Positions 19,766-27,361 of a stretch of DNA of 34,142 nucleotides are shown here, piece after piece. The notes below the pieces were generated by a model. It saw only the letters and a list, made by a program, of their open reading frames with translations. It was not told the DNA's origin and ran no database searches. Both the position numbers and the translations under genes were made by a program. This DNA comes from an uncultured Dehalococcoidaceae bacterium (GTDB lineage Bacteria > Chloroflexota > Dehalococcoidia > Dehalococcoidales > RBG-16-60-22), in contig CAZEUJ010000002.1 of NCBI GenBank assembly GCA_964514525.1, forward strand, positions 1-34,142, given 5' to 3'. Position 1 is the stretch's first letter, and every line of letters begins with the position of its first letter.

Positions 19766-20563
19766 TTACATTACCGAACCGCCGGATACGTGAAATACCT
19801 GCCCCGTAACATAGCTGGTAACGTCTGACGCCAGGAAGACCGTTGCATTGGCGATATCGGCGGCGGTGCCGATCCTGCCCAGGGGCATTGTCCTGGCCAT
19901 GTTCTCCTGCATTTGCTTCGCCTGCTCTGGAGTGGGCGGCGGTAGTCCTTCCCGGAGTACCGCCCCGAAATTAGTCCGCGCCGGCCCTGGGGCGACGCAG
20001 TTCACCCGTATGCCGGCCTTGGCTTCCGCCGTCGCCAGTTGCTTGGTAAACAGGTCGATAGCGCTCTTGGATATGGCATACATGCCCACGCCCATGCCGT
20101 ACTGGTGCGTGCTGCCCGAACCTATGTTTACGATTACCCCGTACTTCTGCTTTCTCATGTGGGGAAGGACCGCCCGCGTGACGTACATCGTGCCGAAAAG
20201 GTTCAGGCTTATCTGTTTTGCCCAGACTTCCCCGTCCTGCTCATCCAGAGGGGTATAGTCCTTGTGCAGGATCGCCCCGGCAACATTACAGAGGATATCG
20301 ATTTTTCCGTACTCATCCACCGCCTTCTCGACCATGGCGTCTACTTCAGCTTTTTTGGTGATATCTGCCTGAAGAGCGATAGATTTTTTCCCGAGTTTCT
20401 TCACCGCTTCGGCCGTTTTCTGGACATCTGCCAGGTTGATATCGGTTACCGCGATAGCTTCGCAGCCTTCTTTGGCGAGGAGGAGCGCTATCTCTTTTCC
20501 AAAACCTATCTGGCTGCCGGCGCCCGTTACCAGGGCTACTTTACCTTTAAACCCGAGGTCCAT
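19766..20563 (-). CDS. SDR-family NAD(P)-dependent oxidoreductase (paralog 1)
   Basis: GKVALVTGAGSQIGFG dinucleotide motif, YAISKSA (YxxxK) catalytic motif, and the common SDR ending HVSGG. Confidence 0.9.
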   Translation of the reverse strand: MDLGFKGKVALVTGAGSQIGFGKEIALLLAKEGCEAIAVTDINLADVQKTAEAVKKLGKKSIALQADITKKAEVDAMVEKAVDEYGKIDILCNVAGAILHKDYTPLDEQDGEVWAKQISLNLFGTMYVTRAVLPHMRKQKYGVIVNIGSGSTHQYGMGVGMYAISKSAIDLFTKQLATAEAKAGIRVNCVAPGPARTNFGAVLREGLPPPTPEQAKQMQENMARTMPLGRIGTAADIANATVFLASDVTSYVTGQVFHVSGGSVM

Positions 20564-20601
20564 TTTAACCCCCTCATTTTATCAGGTTAAAAAACGTTCT
20601 T

Positions 20602-21369
20602 TTAGTCCAGTACGGACCCGCCGGAAACATGCAGGATCGCGCCGGTTATATAACTGGACATTTCGGACGCGAAGAAGACCGTGGCATTAGCGATATCTGT
20701 CTGGGTAGCGCCCCTGCCCATTGGAATTGTCTTGGCGAGCATATTTACCATTGCCTGTTTGTCCGGACCGGGAATGAAATTGGTTGGGGCGGGGCCGGGG
20801 GCGACGCAGTTACAGCGTATACCGTTCTTGGCTTCGTTAAAGGCTAGCTGTTTGGTAAAAGTATCCACGCCGGCCTTGGAAATGGCATAAGCGTTACCCG
20901 TGCCATGGCTGTACATGCGCGTGCTCCCCGAACCTATATTGACGATGACGCCGGTCTTCTTTTCCCTCATATAGGGGAGTACGGCCTGGCATGTGAGCAT
21001 GACACCATGGAGGTTGAGGTGGATATCTTTATCCCAGTCTTCCGGCTTGGCTTTATCGTAAGGTACGCGACTTGCCACGCCGCCGGCAACGTTACAAAGG
21101 ATGTCTATCTTCTTATATTCATCGATAACTTTTTTTATCAGCGCGGCAACATCGGTGGGGTTGGTCACGTCCGCTTTCACGGCTATTGACTTTTTCCCCA
21201 GTTTCTTTACTTCTTCTGCCGTCAGTTTGGCATCGTCGAGATTGATATCCGTGACCGCGACGACGTCGCAACCCTCCCTTGCCAGGAGAAGCGCTATCTG
21301 CTTGCCGAATCCTATCTGGCTGCCGGCCCCGGTGACCAGTGCTACCTTGCCTTTGAAACCTAAGTCCAT
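20602..21369 (-). CDS. SDR-family NAD(P)-dependent oxidoreductase (paralog 2)
   Basis: The first 25 or so residues are nearly identical to paralog 1 (MDLGFKGKVALVTGAGSQIGFGK). YAISKAG catalytic motif. AGGAGG RBS. Confidence 0.9.
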   Translation of the reverse strand: MDLGFKGKVALVTGAGSQIGFGKQIALLLAREGCDVVAVTDINLDDAKLTAEEVKKLGKKSIAVKADVTNPTDVAALIKKVIDEYKKIDILCNVAGGVASRVPYDKAKPEDWDKDIHLNLHGVMLTCQAVLPYMREKKTGVIVNIGSGSTRMYSHGTGNAYAISKAGVDTFTKQLAFNEAKNGIRCNCVAPGPAPTNFIPGPDKQAMVNMLAKTIPMGRGATQTDIANATVFFASEMSSYITGAILHVSGGSVLD

Positions 21370-21488
21370 TATTACCTCCTGTACTTTCTATGATATTTTT
21401 GCAGGTACCATTATATAACATATTAACCCTGCTGGTGAAATCTGCCGATTTTCCTTTTTTCCTTATTCTCTTCGTCATGAAAAGAAGG

Positions 21489-21519
21489 TAAAAAAAGAGG
21501 GGGGTGCAACCCCCCTCTT
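21489..21519 (-). terminator. Intrinsic terminator of the ABC transporter operon
   Basis: Minus strand reads AAGAGGGGGG-TTGCA-CCCCCCTCTT followed by TTTTTAC, 28 nt downstream of the stop at 21547. The stem sequence belongs to the same AGAGGGG/CCCCTCT family as the interspersed repeats. Confidence 0.8.
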
Positions 21520-21546
21520 AACTCCCGTTATAATTTATCGTGTTAA

Positions 21547-22251
21547 CTAAAGCCCCATGTAGGCTTTCCTGACATGCTCGTCCTGCAGGCACATGGCGCA
21601 GGTGCCTTCGAGTACCACCCGCCCGTTTTCCAGCACGTAGGCGCGGTCGGCGATCTCCAGCGTCTGTCGGACATTCTGCTCGACAAGCACGATGGTAATT
21701 CCCCGTTCGCGGAGCGACTTGATTTTCTCGAAGACCTCTTGTACCAGTAGCGGTGCCAGGCCATTAGATGGTTCGTCGATAATACACAGTTTCGGCTTTG
21801 CCATCAAGCCGCGTCCCATCGCCACCATCTGCTGCTCGCCGCCGCTCAGTGTCCTGGCCAACTGTCCCGCCCTCTCTTTTAACCTGGGGAAAAGTTGAAA
21901 GATCTCTTCGATAGTCTCGTGTCTGGCTTGCCAGGCCTGTTTGCCATAGGCGCCCATCTCCAGGTTTTCCCGCACGGACATGTCCGTGAAAAGCTTTCTG
22001 CCTTCGGGTATGTGGGAAATACCGAGTTCAACAATAGCGTGGGGTGCCATATTATCAATTCTTTTCCCGAGGAAGGTAATGGTGCCTGAAGTAGGGTGCA
22101 GCACCCCGGATATCGTGTTCAACAGGGTGGTTTTTCCCGCGCCGTTGGCGCCAACCAGGGCGACGATTTCCTTTTCGTCGATTTTAAAGCTGAAATCCCA
22201 CAACACCTGGATTTGTCCGTAAAAAACATTGAGGTTACTTACTTCAAGCAT
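21547..22251 (-). CDS. ABC transporter ATP-binding protein, LivF-like
   Basis: Walker A GANGAGKTT, signature LSGGEQQ, Walker B LCIIDEPS. I prefer the ATG at 22251 (MLEVSNLNVFYG), which overlaps the upstream stop as ATGCTTGA. The track start is 22278. Confidence 0.92.
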   Translation of the reverse strand: MLEVSNLNVFYGQIQVLWDFSFKIDEKEIVALVGANGAGKTTLLNTISGVLHPTSGTITFLGKRIDNMAPHAIVELGISHIPEGRKLFTDMSVRENLEMGAYGKQAWQARHETIEEIFQLFPRLKERAGQLARTLSGGEQQMVAMGRGLMAKPKLCIIDEPSNGLAPLLVQEVFEKIKSLRERGITIVLVEQNVRQTLEIADRAYVLENGRVVLEGTCAMCLQDEHVRKAYMGL

Positions 22252-22975
22252 TGGTCTCTTCTCCCAGATAGACTTCAACTACGACCTTGCTGTTAGCGAT
22301 TTCAAGGGGCGTTCCTTCAGCGATTTTTTTGCCGTAATTAAGTACGATGATTCGGTCGCATACGTTCATAATAGCTTTCATCACGTGCTCTATCATAACG
22401 ATGGTAATGCCCTTTTCCCGTATCTTTTTTACCAGTTCCATAGCCTCGGTAATTTCCGTCTGGTTGAGGCCTGCCATTAATTCGTCAAGCAGGAGAAGCA
22501 CCGGTTTGGTAGCCAGCGCCCTGGCAACCTCGAGCCTTTTTTGGTTTGCCAGCGTCAGGTCTCGTGCCGGTACGCCGCTGACTTTGGTCAGCCCCACGAA
22601 TTCCAGGAACTCCCCGGCGTTTCGGGTCGCCTCGGCCGATGAGATGTTCTTCCCGTAACCGAAAAGAGCGCCGATGCGCACATTCTCCATCACAGGCAAG
22701 TTGGCGAATATCTTGACGTTCTGGAAAGTCCTCCCGATGCCCATCCGGCAGATTTTATAAGGGCTCATGCCGGTGATGTTCTTTCCTTTGAATTTTATGA
22801 TGCCCGGCTTGGGTACCAGCGATGCGGATATCAGATTGAACAATGTCGTTTTCCCCGCGCCGTTAGGACCGATCAATCCGAAGATTTCTCCCTCGTCGAC
22901 GTAGAAATCGACATCCGATACCGCGGCTAACCCTCCGAAATACTTGGTTACCCCTTCACCTTCAAGTATTCGCAT
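22244..22975 (-). CDS. ABC transporter ATP-binding protein, LivG-like
   Basis: Walker A GPNGAGKTT, Walker B LLLLDE. The variant signature region (QKRLEVARAL) and the EVYLG ending are typical of LivG-type proteins. Confidence 0.92.
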   Translation of the reverse strand: MRILEGEGVTKYFGGLAAVSDVDFYVDEGEIFGLIGPNGAGKTTLFNLISASLVPKPGIIKFKGKNITGMSPYKICRMGIGRTFQNVKIFANLPVMENVRIGALFGYGKNISSAEATRNAGEFLEFVGLTKVSGVPARDLTLANQKRLEVARALATKPVLLLLDELMAGLNQTEITEAMELVKKIREKGITIVMIEHVMKAIMNVCDRIIVLNYGKKIAEGTPLEIANSKVVVEVYLGEETNA

Positions 22976-23912
22976 GTCGCCCTCTCGGCCTTCGTCGCCA
23001 TAAATTTTGTATCAGTTGTACTAACCCGCCGGGCAGGTATAATATGGTACCCACCAATACTATACCGAAAAGGAGCATATATAATTCAGGTATTTTGGTT
23101 GTTAATTTTTCTTGCAGATAAGCGAAGAGAGCCGCACCTATTATCGGACCGAAAAGTTGTCCTGTACCGCCGAAGATAGCCATTAATACCGGTAAAAAGG
23201 AGTAATTCGCATTAAACGCGATAGATGGGTCGATATATGTCCATCGTGTCGCCATGATGGTTCCCGCGGCTCCCATGAAAAAAGCGCTGATACCAAAGGT
23301 GACAATCTTAACCATGGTTACATTAACGCCCATATGAGCCGCCGCATCCTCGTTCTCTCCGATGCTTTGCAGGGCCAGGCCGTATTTGGAACGTCGGATG
23401 AAGTACGCGGTAAACATTAGCGCGATCAGGATAATTAATATCACGTAATAAACAGTGGTGTTACTTTCCAATAAAACGATTCTGCCACGTGTCTTCGTCA
23501 CATTAAACTCATAGAACAGCAGGAGATTCTGTACGAGCAGGAGGAGTCCGAAAGTGAAGACGGTAAAATATATACCTTTGAGCCTTAGAGTCAGTGCGCC
23601 GACGAGAAAGGCGACTATGAAACTGATCAGACCGCCTGTAATGACAACGGCAGGCAGAGGCCATTTGTTCCCTAGCAAGGCCATAGAATATATGCCGACC
23701 CCGAAAAAAGCTGCCGTCGCCAGTGAAATATAGCCGGTAGGCCCGGAAAAAAGTACCCAGCTTACCGTGAGGATGATGTACATGAAGATGGAGGTTATCA
23801 ATACAGGAGTGTAACCTTTGACATAGAGGGGTATAGTAAACAATATAGCTAAGATTACTAAAACTAAACCCAATAAAAATGGTTTTCTTGAGATAACTTT
23901 TTCTATGTTCAT
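22962..23912 (-). CDS. Branched-chain amino acid-type ABC permease, LivM-like
   Basis: Polytopic hydrophobic protein of 316 aa with many predicted TM helices. Position and length fit LivM. Overlaps the livG-like gene by 14 nt. Confidence 0.88.
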   Translation of the reverse strand: MNIEKVISRKPFLLGLVLVILAILFTIPLYVKGYTPVLITSIFMYIILTVSWVLFSGPTGYISLATAAFFGVGIYSMALLGNKWPLPAVVITGGLISFIVAFLVGALTLRLKGIYFTVFTFGLLLLVQNLLLFYEFNVTKTRGRIVLLESNTTVYYVILIILIALMFTAYFIRRSKYGLALQSIGENEDAAAHMGVNVTMVKIVTFGISAFFMGAAGTIMATRWTYIDPSIAFNANYSFLPVLMAIFGGTGQLFGPIIGAALFAYLQEKLTTKIPELYMLLFGIVLVGTILYLPGGLVQLIQNLWRRRPRGRHANT

Positions 23913-23916
23913 CTCT

Positions 23917-24795
23917 CTATTTCCCTAAAATACCCGATGGCCTGACCAGGAGCAGGACTATGAAGATGAGATAATAAGCTGGCATTGTCAAGCCCGGCTC
24001 AAAATAGGTGACAATATTACCAATGATACCCAGTAAAAACCCCCCGATATAACTACCGGGGATACTGCCCATCCCGCCTAAGACAACAACGATGATGGCA
24101 ACGACGGTATAACCTAGGCCCATAGTTGCATGAATAGAAAAACACATGCTGATTAGCAAGCCGGCAAAAGCCGCCATTAAAGCCCCGAGGCCAAAACATA
24201 TGGCGAGCACCTGGTTGATGTTTACCCCCATTAGTCCAGCCGTCGCCGGGTCTTGGGCCGCGGCCCGGATGGCTTTTCCCAGACGGGTGCGGGCTAAAAA
24301 GAGGTAGAAGACTAAACCTATCACTACAGCAACACAAAGAGCTACTAGACTATTGGCGGCAAATATCGCTCCCCCGAGACTTACCGGGGTAGCTAAATAG
24401 GAGTACCCCTTGATGTTACCCCCCCATATTAACAAAGCCACATTTTGAAAGATGAACATGAGGCCGAAAGTGGCTAACAAGGAACTGGCTTCGTAGGCGC
24501 CTGGTGATGGTGACGAGGTTCTAAGGCGCTTAAATAAAGTCTGGTGAAGTAGATAACCAATTATGAATACAACTGGACCGACGATGGCAAGAGAAACCAG
24601 CGGGTTTATGCCAGCCATGGTGTACAGCGTCCAGGTGAGGAAAGCGCTGATCATGATGAATTCGCCATGCGCAATGTTCAGCACCCGGGCAACGCCATAC
24701 TGCAGGCTGAATCCCATGGCAATCAGGGCATAAAGTCCGCCCAGCAGTAAGCCACCAATTACAACATCCAGTATAGTCACAATGCTTTGAGGCAT
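23917..24795 (-). CDS. Branched-chain amino acid-type ABC permease, LivH-like
   Basis: 292-aa polytopic membrane protein. The N-terminal region GLLLGGLYALIAMGFSLQYGVARVLNIAHGEF is characteristic of LivH. Confidence 0.9.
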   Translation of the reverse strand: MPQSIVTILDVVIGGLLLGGLYALIAMGFSLQYGVARVLNIAHGEFIMISAFLTWTLYTMAGINPLVSLAIVGPVVFIIGYLLHQTLFKRLRTSSPSPGAYEASSLLATFGLMFIFQNVALLIWGGNIKGYSYLATPVSLGGAIFAANSLVALCVAVVIGLVFYLFLARTRLGKAIRAAAQDPATAGLMGVNINQVLAICFGLGALMAAFAGLLISMCFSIHATMGLGYTVVAIIVVVLGGMGSIPGSYIGGFLLGIIGNIVTYFEPGLTMPAYYLIFIVLLLVRPSGILGK

Positions 24796-24827
24796 AACGA
24801 TAGCTACCTGCCTTGATAATCATAGTT

Positions 24828-24913
24828 GCAGGCTGTCTATAAGGTGCAGGAAGAGTCTCGGGAGAAAAAATCACCTTTAAAGATTTTATTTTCACACCCT
24901 ATAGACAGCCTGC
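24828..24913 (-). promoter_or_regulatory. Long intercistronic stem-loop between the binding-protein and permease genes
   Basis: Perfect 14-bp inverted repeat GCAGGCTGTCTATA (24828-24841) with TATAGACAGCCTGC (24900-24913), extended by 4 bp after one mismatch. Loop of about 48 nt. No U-tract on the coding (minus) strand. Confidence 0.6.
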
Positions 24914-24954
24914 TTTTTATTTTTGTATCGGTACTATATTTTTGTATATGTATT

Positions 24955-26349
24955 TTATGGTGTCGTTGGCCACGGTGGCTTGGGGTAAATAGGATCTGCG
25001 GTAGCTTTCTCCGTGGGACCAATGACTTCCCATATAGCTATTCCAGCCGTCGCATCCCATTGCCACTGACCAATCTCGCCGGGATGACACTCGACTGCCA
25101 GCAGATAACCGCCACCACCGATTTGGTCATACCAGGTCGGTCCCAGATCTGTCTGGAACGTACTGGTACCCATTACATCCCTTATGACTTCCTGGTCAAG
25201 GGTTCCAGCCTCCTCGATAGCCTGCTGGAAGTGCTGCAGCGCGCCCCAATAGAACAGGGTGCCCCAGTAGTCGATAACTTCATCGCTCCCCCATTTAGCG
25301 ATGAATTTATCGTAGAATGCTTGTGCGGCGGGAGAGCTCTTCGGACTCCAGGCGCCTTCGCCGATAACACCATCAAGCGCAAAACCACCGTTGCCAACAA
25401 ACTGGTCTCTTAAAGTCGGTGAATAGCCGCCAGGGCCGAGTACCATGGCTTTGGGGTTGTAGTCGAGCGCGATTGCCCGTGTGACCATAAAGAAGGTCGT
25501 CGGGGGATAGACAAAACAGCAAACGACGTCGGCTCCGGTATCTCTGGCCTCCTTCAATAGCAGGTCAACATCCGTAGTGTAAGGAATGGAACTCTTATTC
25601 ATCAATATATCAATTCCTACCCTATCGAAGTCTATACCCGCCTGGCCGGAGTATTCTACGCCGTGAAGGTCAGCAATGTAAATTATTGCCGCCGTCTCCA
25701 CACCCCATGACGCAAGCATGTCAGCCAGAACCGGTATCTGGTTGCGGTTGGAATAATTCAAGACGCCAAAAAAGTAGGGCATACCAGGAAGCGCCGCCTG
25801 CTCGAGGGTCGTACAACCACCCTCGGCTCCAAGTAGTATATAATTATATTTATTGGTTACAGCGCCGGCAGCAAAAAGAAACGCAGTGCTGGCAGGCGGG
25901 AAGACGAAGTCAACCTGGTCCTCTACTATCAACTTTTCCAGTAGTGTCGTCATCAAGTTCATATCGCTGGTATCATCATAGACAAGCATCTCTACTGGTA
26001 GTTTCTTGCCGTACTCCGCCACGTATATACCGCCATCGGCGTTGACCTCATCAACCCACATTTTATAGACCGGCCCGAATGCGGTTGCCTCAAAGAAAGA
26101 TAAGGGGCCGGAAAGAGGTCTGGCCGCGCCGATGACGATTTTATCCTTGGGTGGCTTTGTGGGTGTTGCGGAAGGGGTAGGCGTGGCGGTCTTGGTCGTC
26201 GTGGCTGTGGCCGTCGCCGTCGTCGTCGCCGTCGCCGTCGCCGTTACCGTCGTCGTGGGCGCTTCCTCTTTACACCCGGGAATAACGGTGATTAAAAATA
26301 CGAGACAAATAATCAGTGGCAAAGCGTATTTAATCGATTTTCTCCACAT
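24955..26349 (-). CDS. ABC transporter substrate-binding lipoprotein (type I periplasmic-binding fold, Liv-type) with a Thr/Ala-rich tether
   Basis: Signal peptide MWRKSIKYALPLIICLVFLITVIPGC with lipobox, then the linker TTTVTATATATTTATATATTTKTATPTPSATPTKPP, then a domain of about 390 aa typical of Leu/Ile/Val-binding-type receptors. The ORF-track start is 26391. I prefer the ATG at 26349 (AGGAGG 12 nt upstream). Confidence 0.8.
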   Translation of the reverse strand: MWRKSIKYALPLIICLVFLITVIPGCKEEAPTTTVTATATATTTATATATTTKTATPTPSATPTKPPKDKIVIGAARPLSGPLSFFEATAFGPVYKMWVDEVNADGGIYVAEYGKKLPVEMLVYDDTSDMNLMTTLLEKLIVEDQVDFVFPPASTAFLFAAGAVTNKYNYILLGAEGGCTTLEQAALPGMPYFFGVLNYSNRNQIPVLADMLASWGVETAAIIYIADLHGVEYSGQAGIDFDRVGIDILMNKSSIPYTTDVDLLLKEARDTGADVVCCFVYPPTTFFMVTRAIALDYNPKAMVLGPGGYSPTLRDQFVGNGGFALDGVIGEGAWSPKSSPAAQAFYDKFIAKWGSDEVIDYWGTLFYWGALQHFQQAIEEAGTLDQEVIRDVMGTSTFQTDLGPTWYDQIGGGGYLLAVECHPGEIGQWQWDATAGIAIWEVIGPTEKATADPIYPKPPWPTTP

Positions 26350-26485
26350 ATTTTGTGTATACCTCCTGTTTTTCCGGAATACATCTTGCATCCATGTTGC
26401 TCATGTCTTTTTCTTACATATCACCTCCCTCTATATAAATATCAATTAAATTATTAACTTGCACGTTATTAATGACGGAACATCT

Positions 26486-26526
26486 CATATAAATTCTCTA
26501 TGACTTTATAGAGAATTTTTTATATG
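26486..26526. promoter_or_regulatory. Inverted repeat in the leader of the ABC operon (candidate operator or RNA hairpin)
   Basis: AAATTCTCTA (26491-26500), 8-nt spacer, TAGAGAATTT (26509-18). Flanking CATAT/ATATG extend the repeat with a 3-nt bulge. Confidence 0.45.
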
Positions 26527-26613
26527 AATTTACCGCCTGCTATTTAATTAGAATTTATTATCACTTTGATAAACTGGATTTTATTTTTTATCTTTTGCAC
26601 GGATTTAGACAAC

Positions 26614-26641
26614 TTTATAATACTATTGCGAGGGTTGTCAA
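26614..26641 (-). promoter_or_regulatory. Sigma70-like promoter for the ABC transporter operon
   Basis: Minus strand reads TTGACA (26641-26636), 16-nt spacer, TATAAA (26619-26614). This implies an AT-rich 5' leader of about 215-260 nt. Confidence 0.5.
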
Positions 26642-26827
26642 GTATTTTACCCATTAATAGCTGAATTTTTCAATTCTTGGCGACAATGTAAGTACTACTA
26701 GTAAGAAATTACTATCAGAAAAATAAGGGTCTTGATTTACCCAAAGACAATCGCCGGCGGTATATTGTGCTTAAAAAGGATGGATAAGGGTGAGGCGTTT
26801 TTGGTTGAAAGAACCGGCTATAAGGAC

Positions 26828-27139
26828 TTAAACTGCGACGAGTTTCTTAGAACGGCTTTTACGTCTTTTCCAGCCGAGGGTCTCCAGGAGATCGCCGATG
26901 GCCTTGTCCTGTTGCGTTTCACTGCGCAGCGGCATGTCGGGGTCGAAACTGTATCTGATGCGTCGACCCTCCCTCTTTTTCGTCACATAACCATCTGCTT
27001 CGAGGTCGTTAATGATGTTGCGCGTGGCCTTCTCCGTGATACCTATCGTCGCGGAAATTTCTCGGGCGGTGACGCGCGGCTTCTGGGCGATAAGGCAGAG
27101 TACCATGGCATGGTTGGTCAGGAATTTCCATCCCGGCAT
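26828..27139 (-). CDS. Winged helix-turn-helix transcriptional regulator (ArsR/MarR-like)
   Basis: VTAREISATIGITEKATRNIINDLEADGYVTKKREGRRIRY has an HTH-plus-wing pattern. The GGAGGT RBS directly abuts the track start (27145), so the ATG at 27139 (MPGWKF) fits better. Confidence 0.75.
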   Translation of the reverse strand: MPGWKFLTNHAMVLCLIAQKPRVTAREISATIGITEKATRNIINDLEADGYVTKKREGRRIRYSFDPDMPLRSETQQDKAIGDLLETLGWKRRKSRSKKLVAV

Positions 27140-27209
27140 ACTCATACCTCCTTACCAGAATTTCTTTTAAAAATTTTTTTAAAACTTTTCTTACAATCAC
27201 TAAAAACTA

Positions 27210-27237
27210 TTGACAATTTTCACTGGAGTTGTATAAT
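27210..27237 (+). promoter_or_regulatory. Near-consensus sigma70 promoter of the aminomutase operon
   Basis: TTGACA (27210-27215), 16-nt spacer, TGTATAAT (27230-27237, extended -10). Confidence 0.7.
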
Positions 27238-27243
27238 TAAAGT

Positions 27244-27261
27244 TAGGAATTAAAATTCCTA
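27244..27261. promoter_or_regulatory. Palindromic candidate operator between two opposing -10 boxes
   Basis: TAGGAATT-AA-AATTCCTA is a perfect 8+8 palindrome. A third AGGAAT half-site lies at 27273-27278. On the minus strand, an extended -10 TGTTATAAT sits at 27273-27265. Confidence 0.5.
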
Positions 27262-27361
27262 TATATTATAACAGGAATGTCAAGTTAACACAAGTAATTA
27301 GCGAAAAAAACGTTACAAATAAAACAAATTTATAGAAGAAGGAGCGTTAAAAAAAAGAAGA

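Noticed and set aside
26132-26449. Plus-strand ORF encoding VVAVAVAVVVAVAVAV...
   Set aside because: It is the antisense reading of the Thr/Ala microsatellite linker of the binding lipoprotein, so it is an artefact of the repeat.
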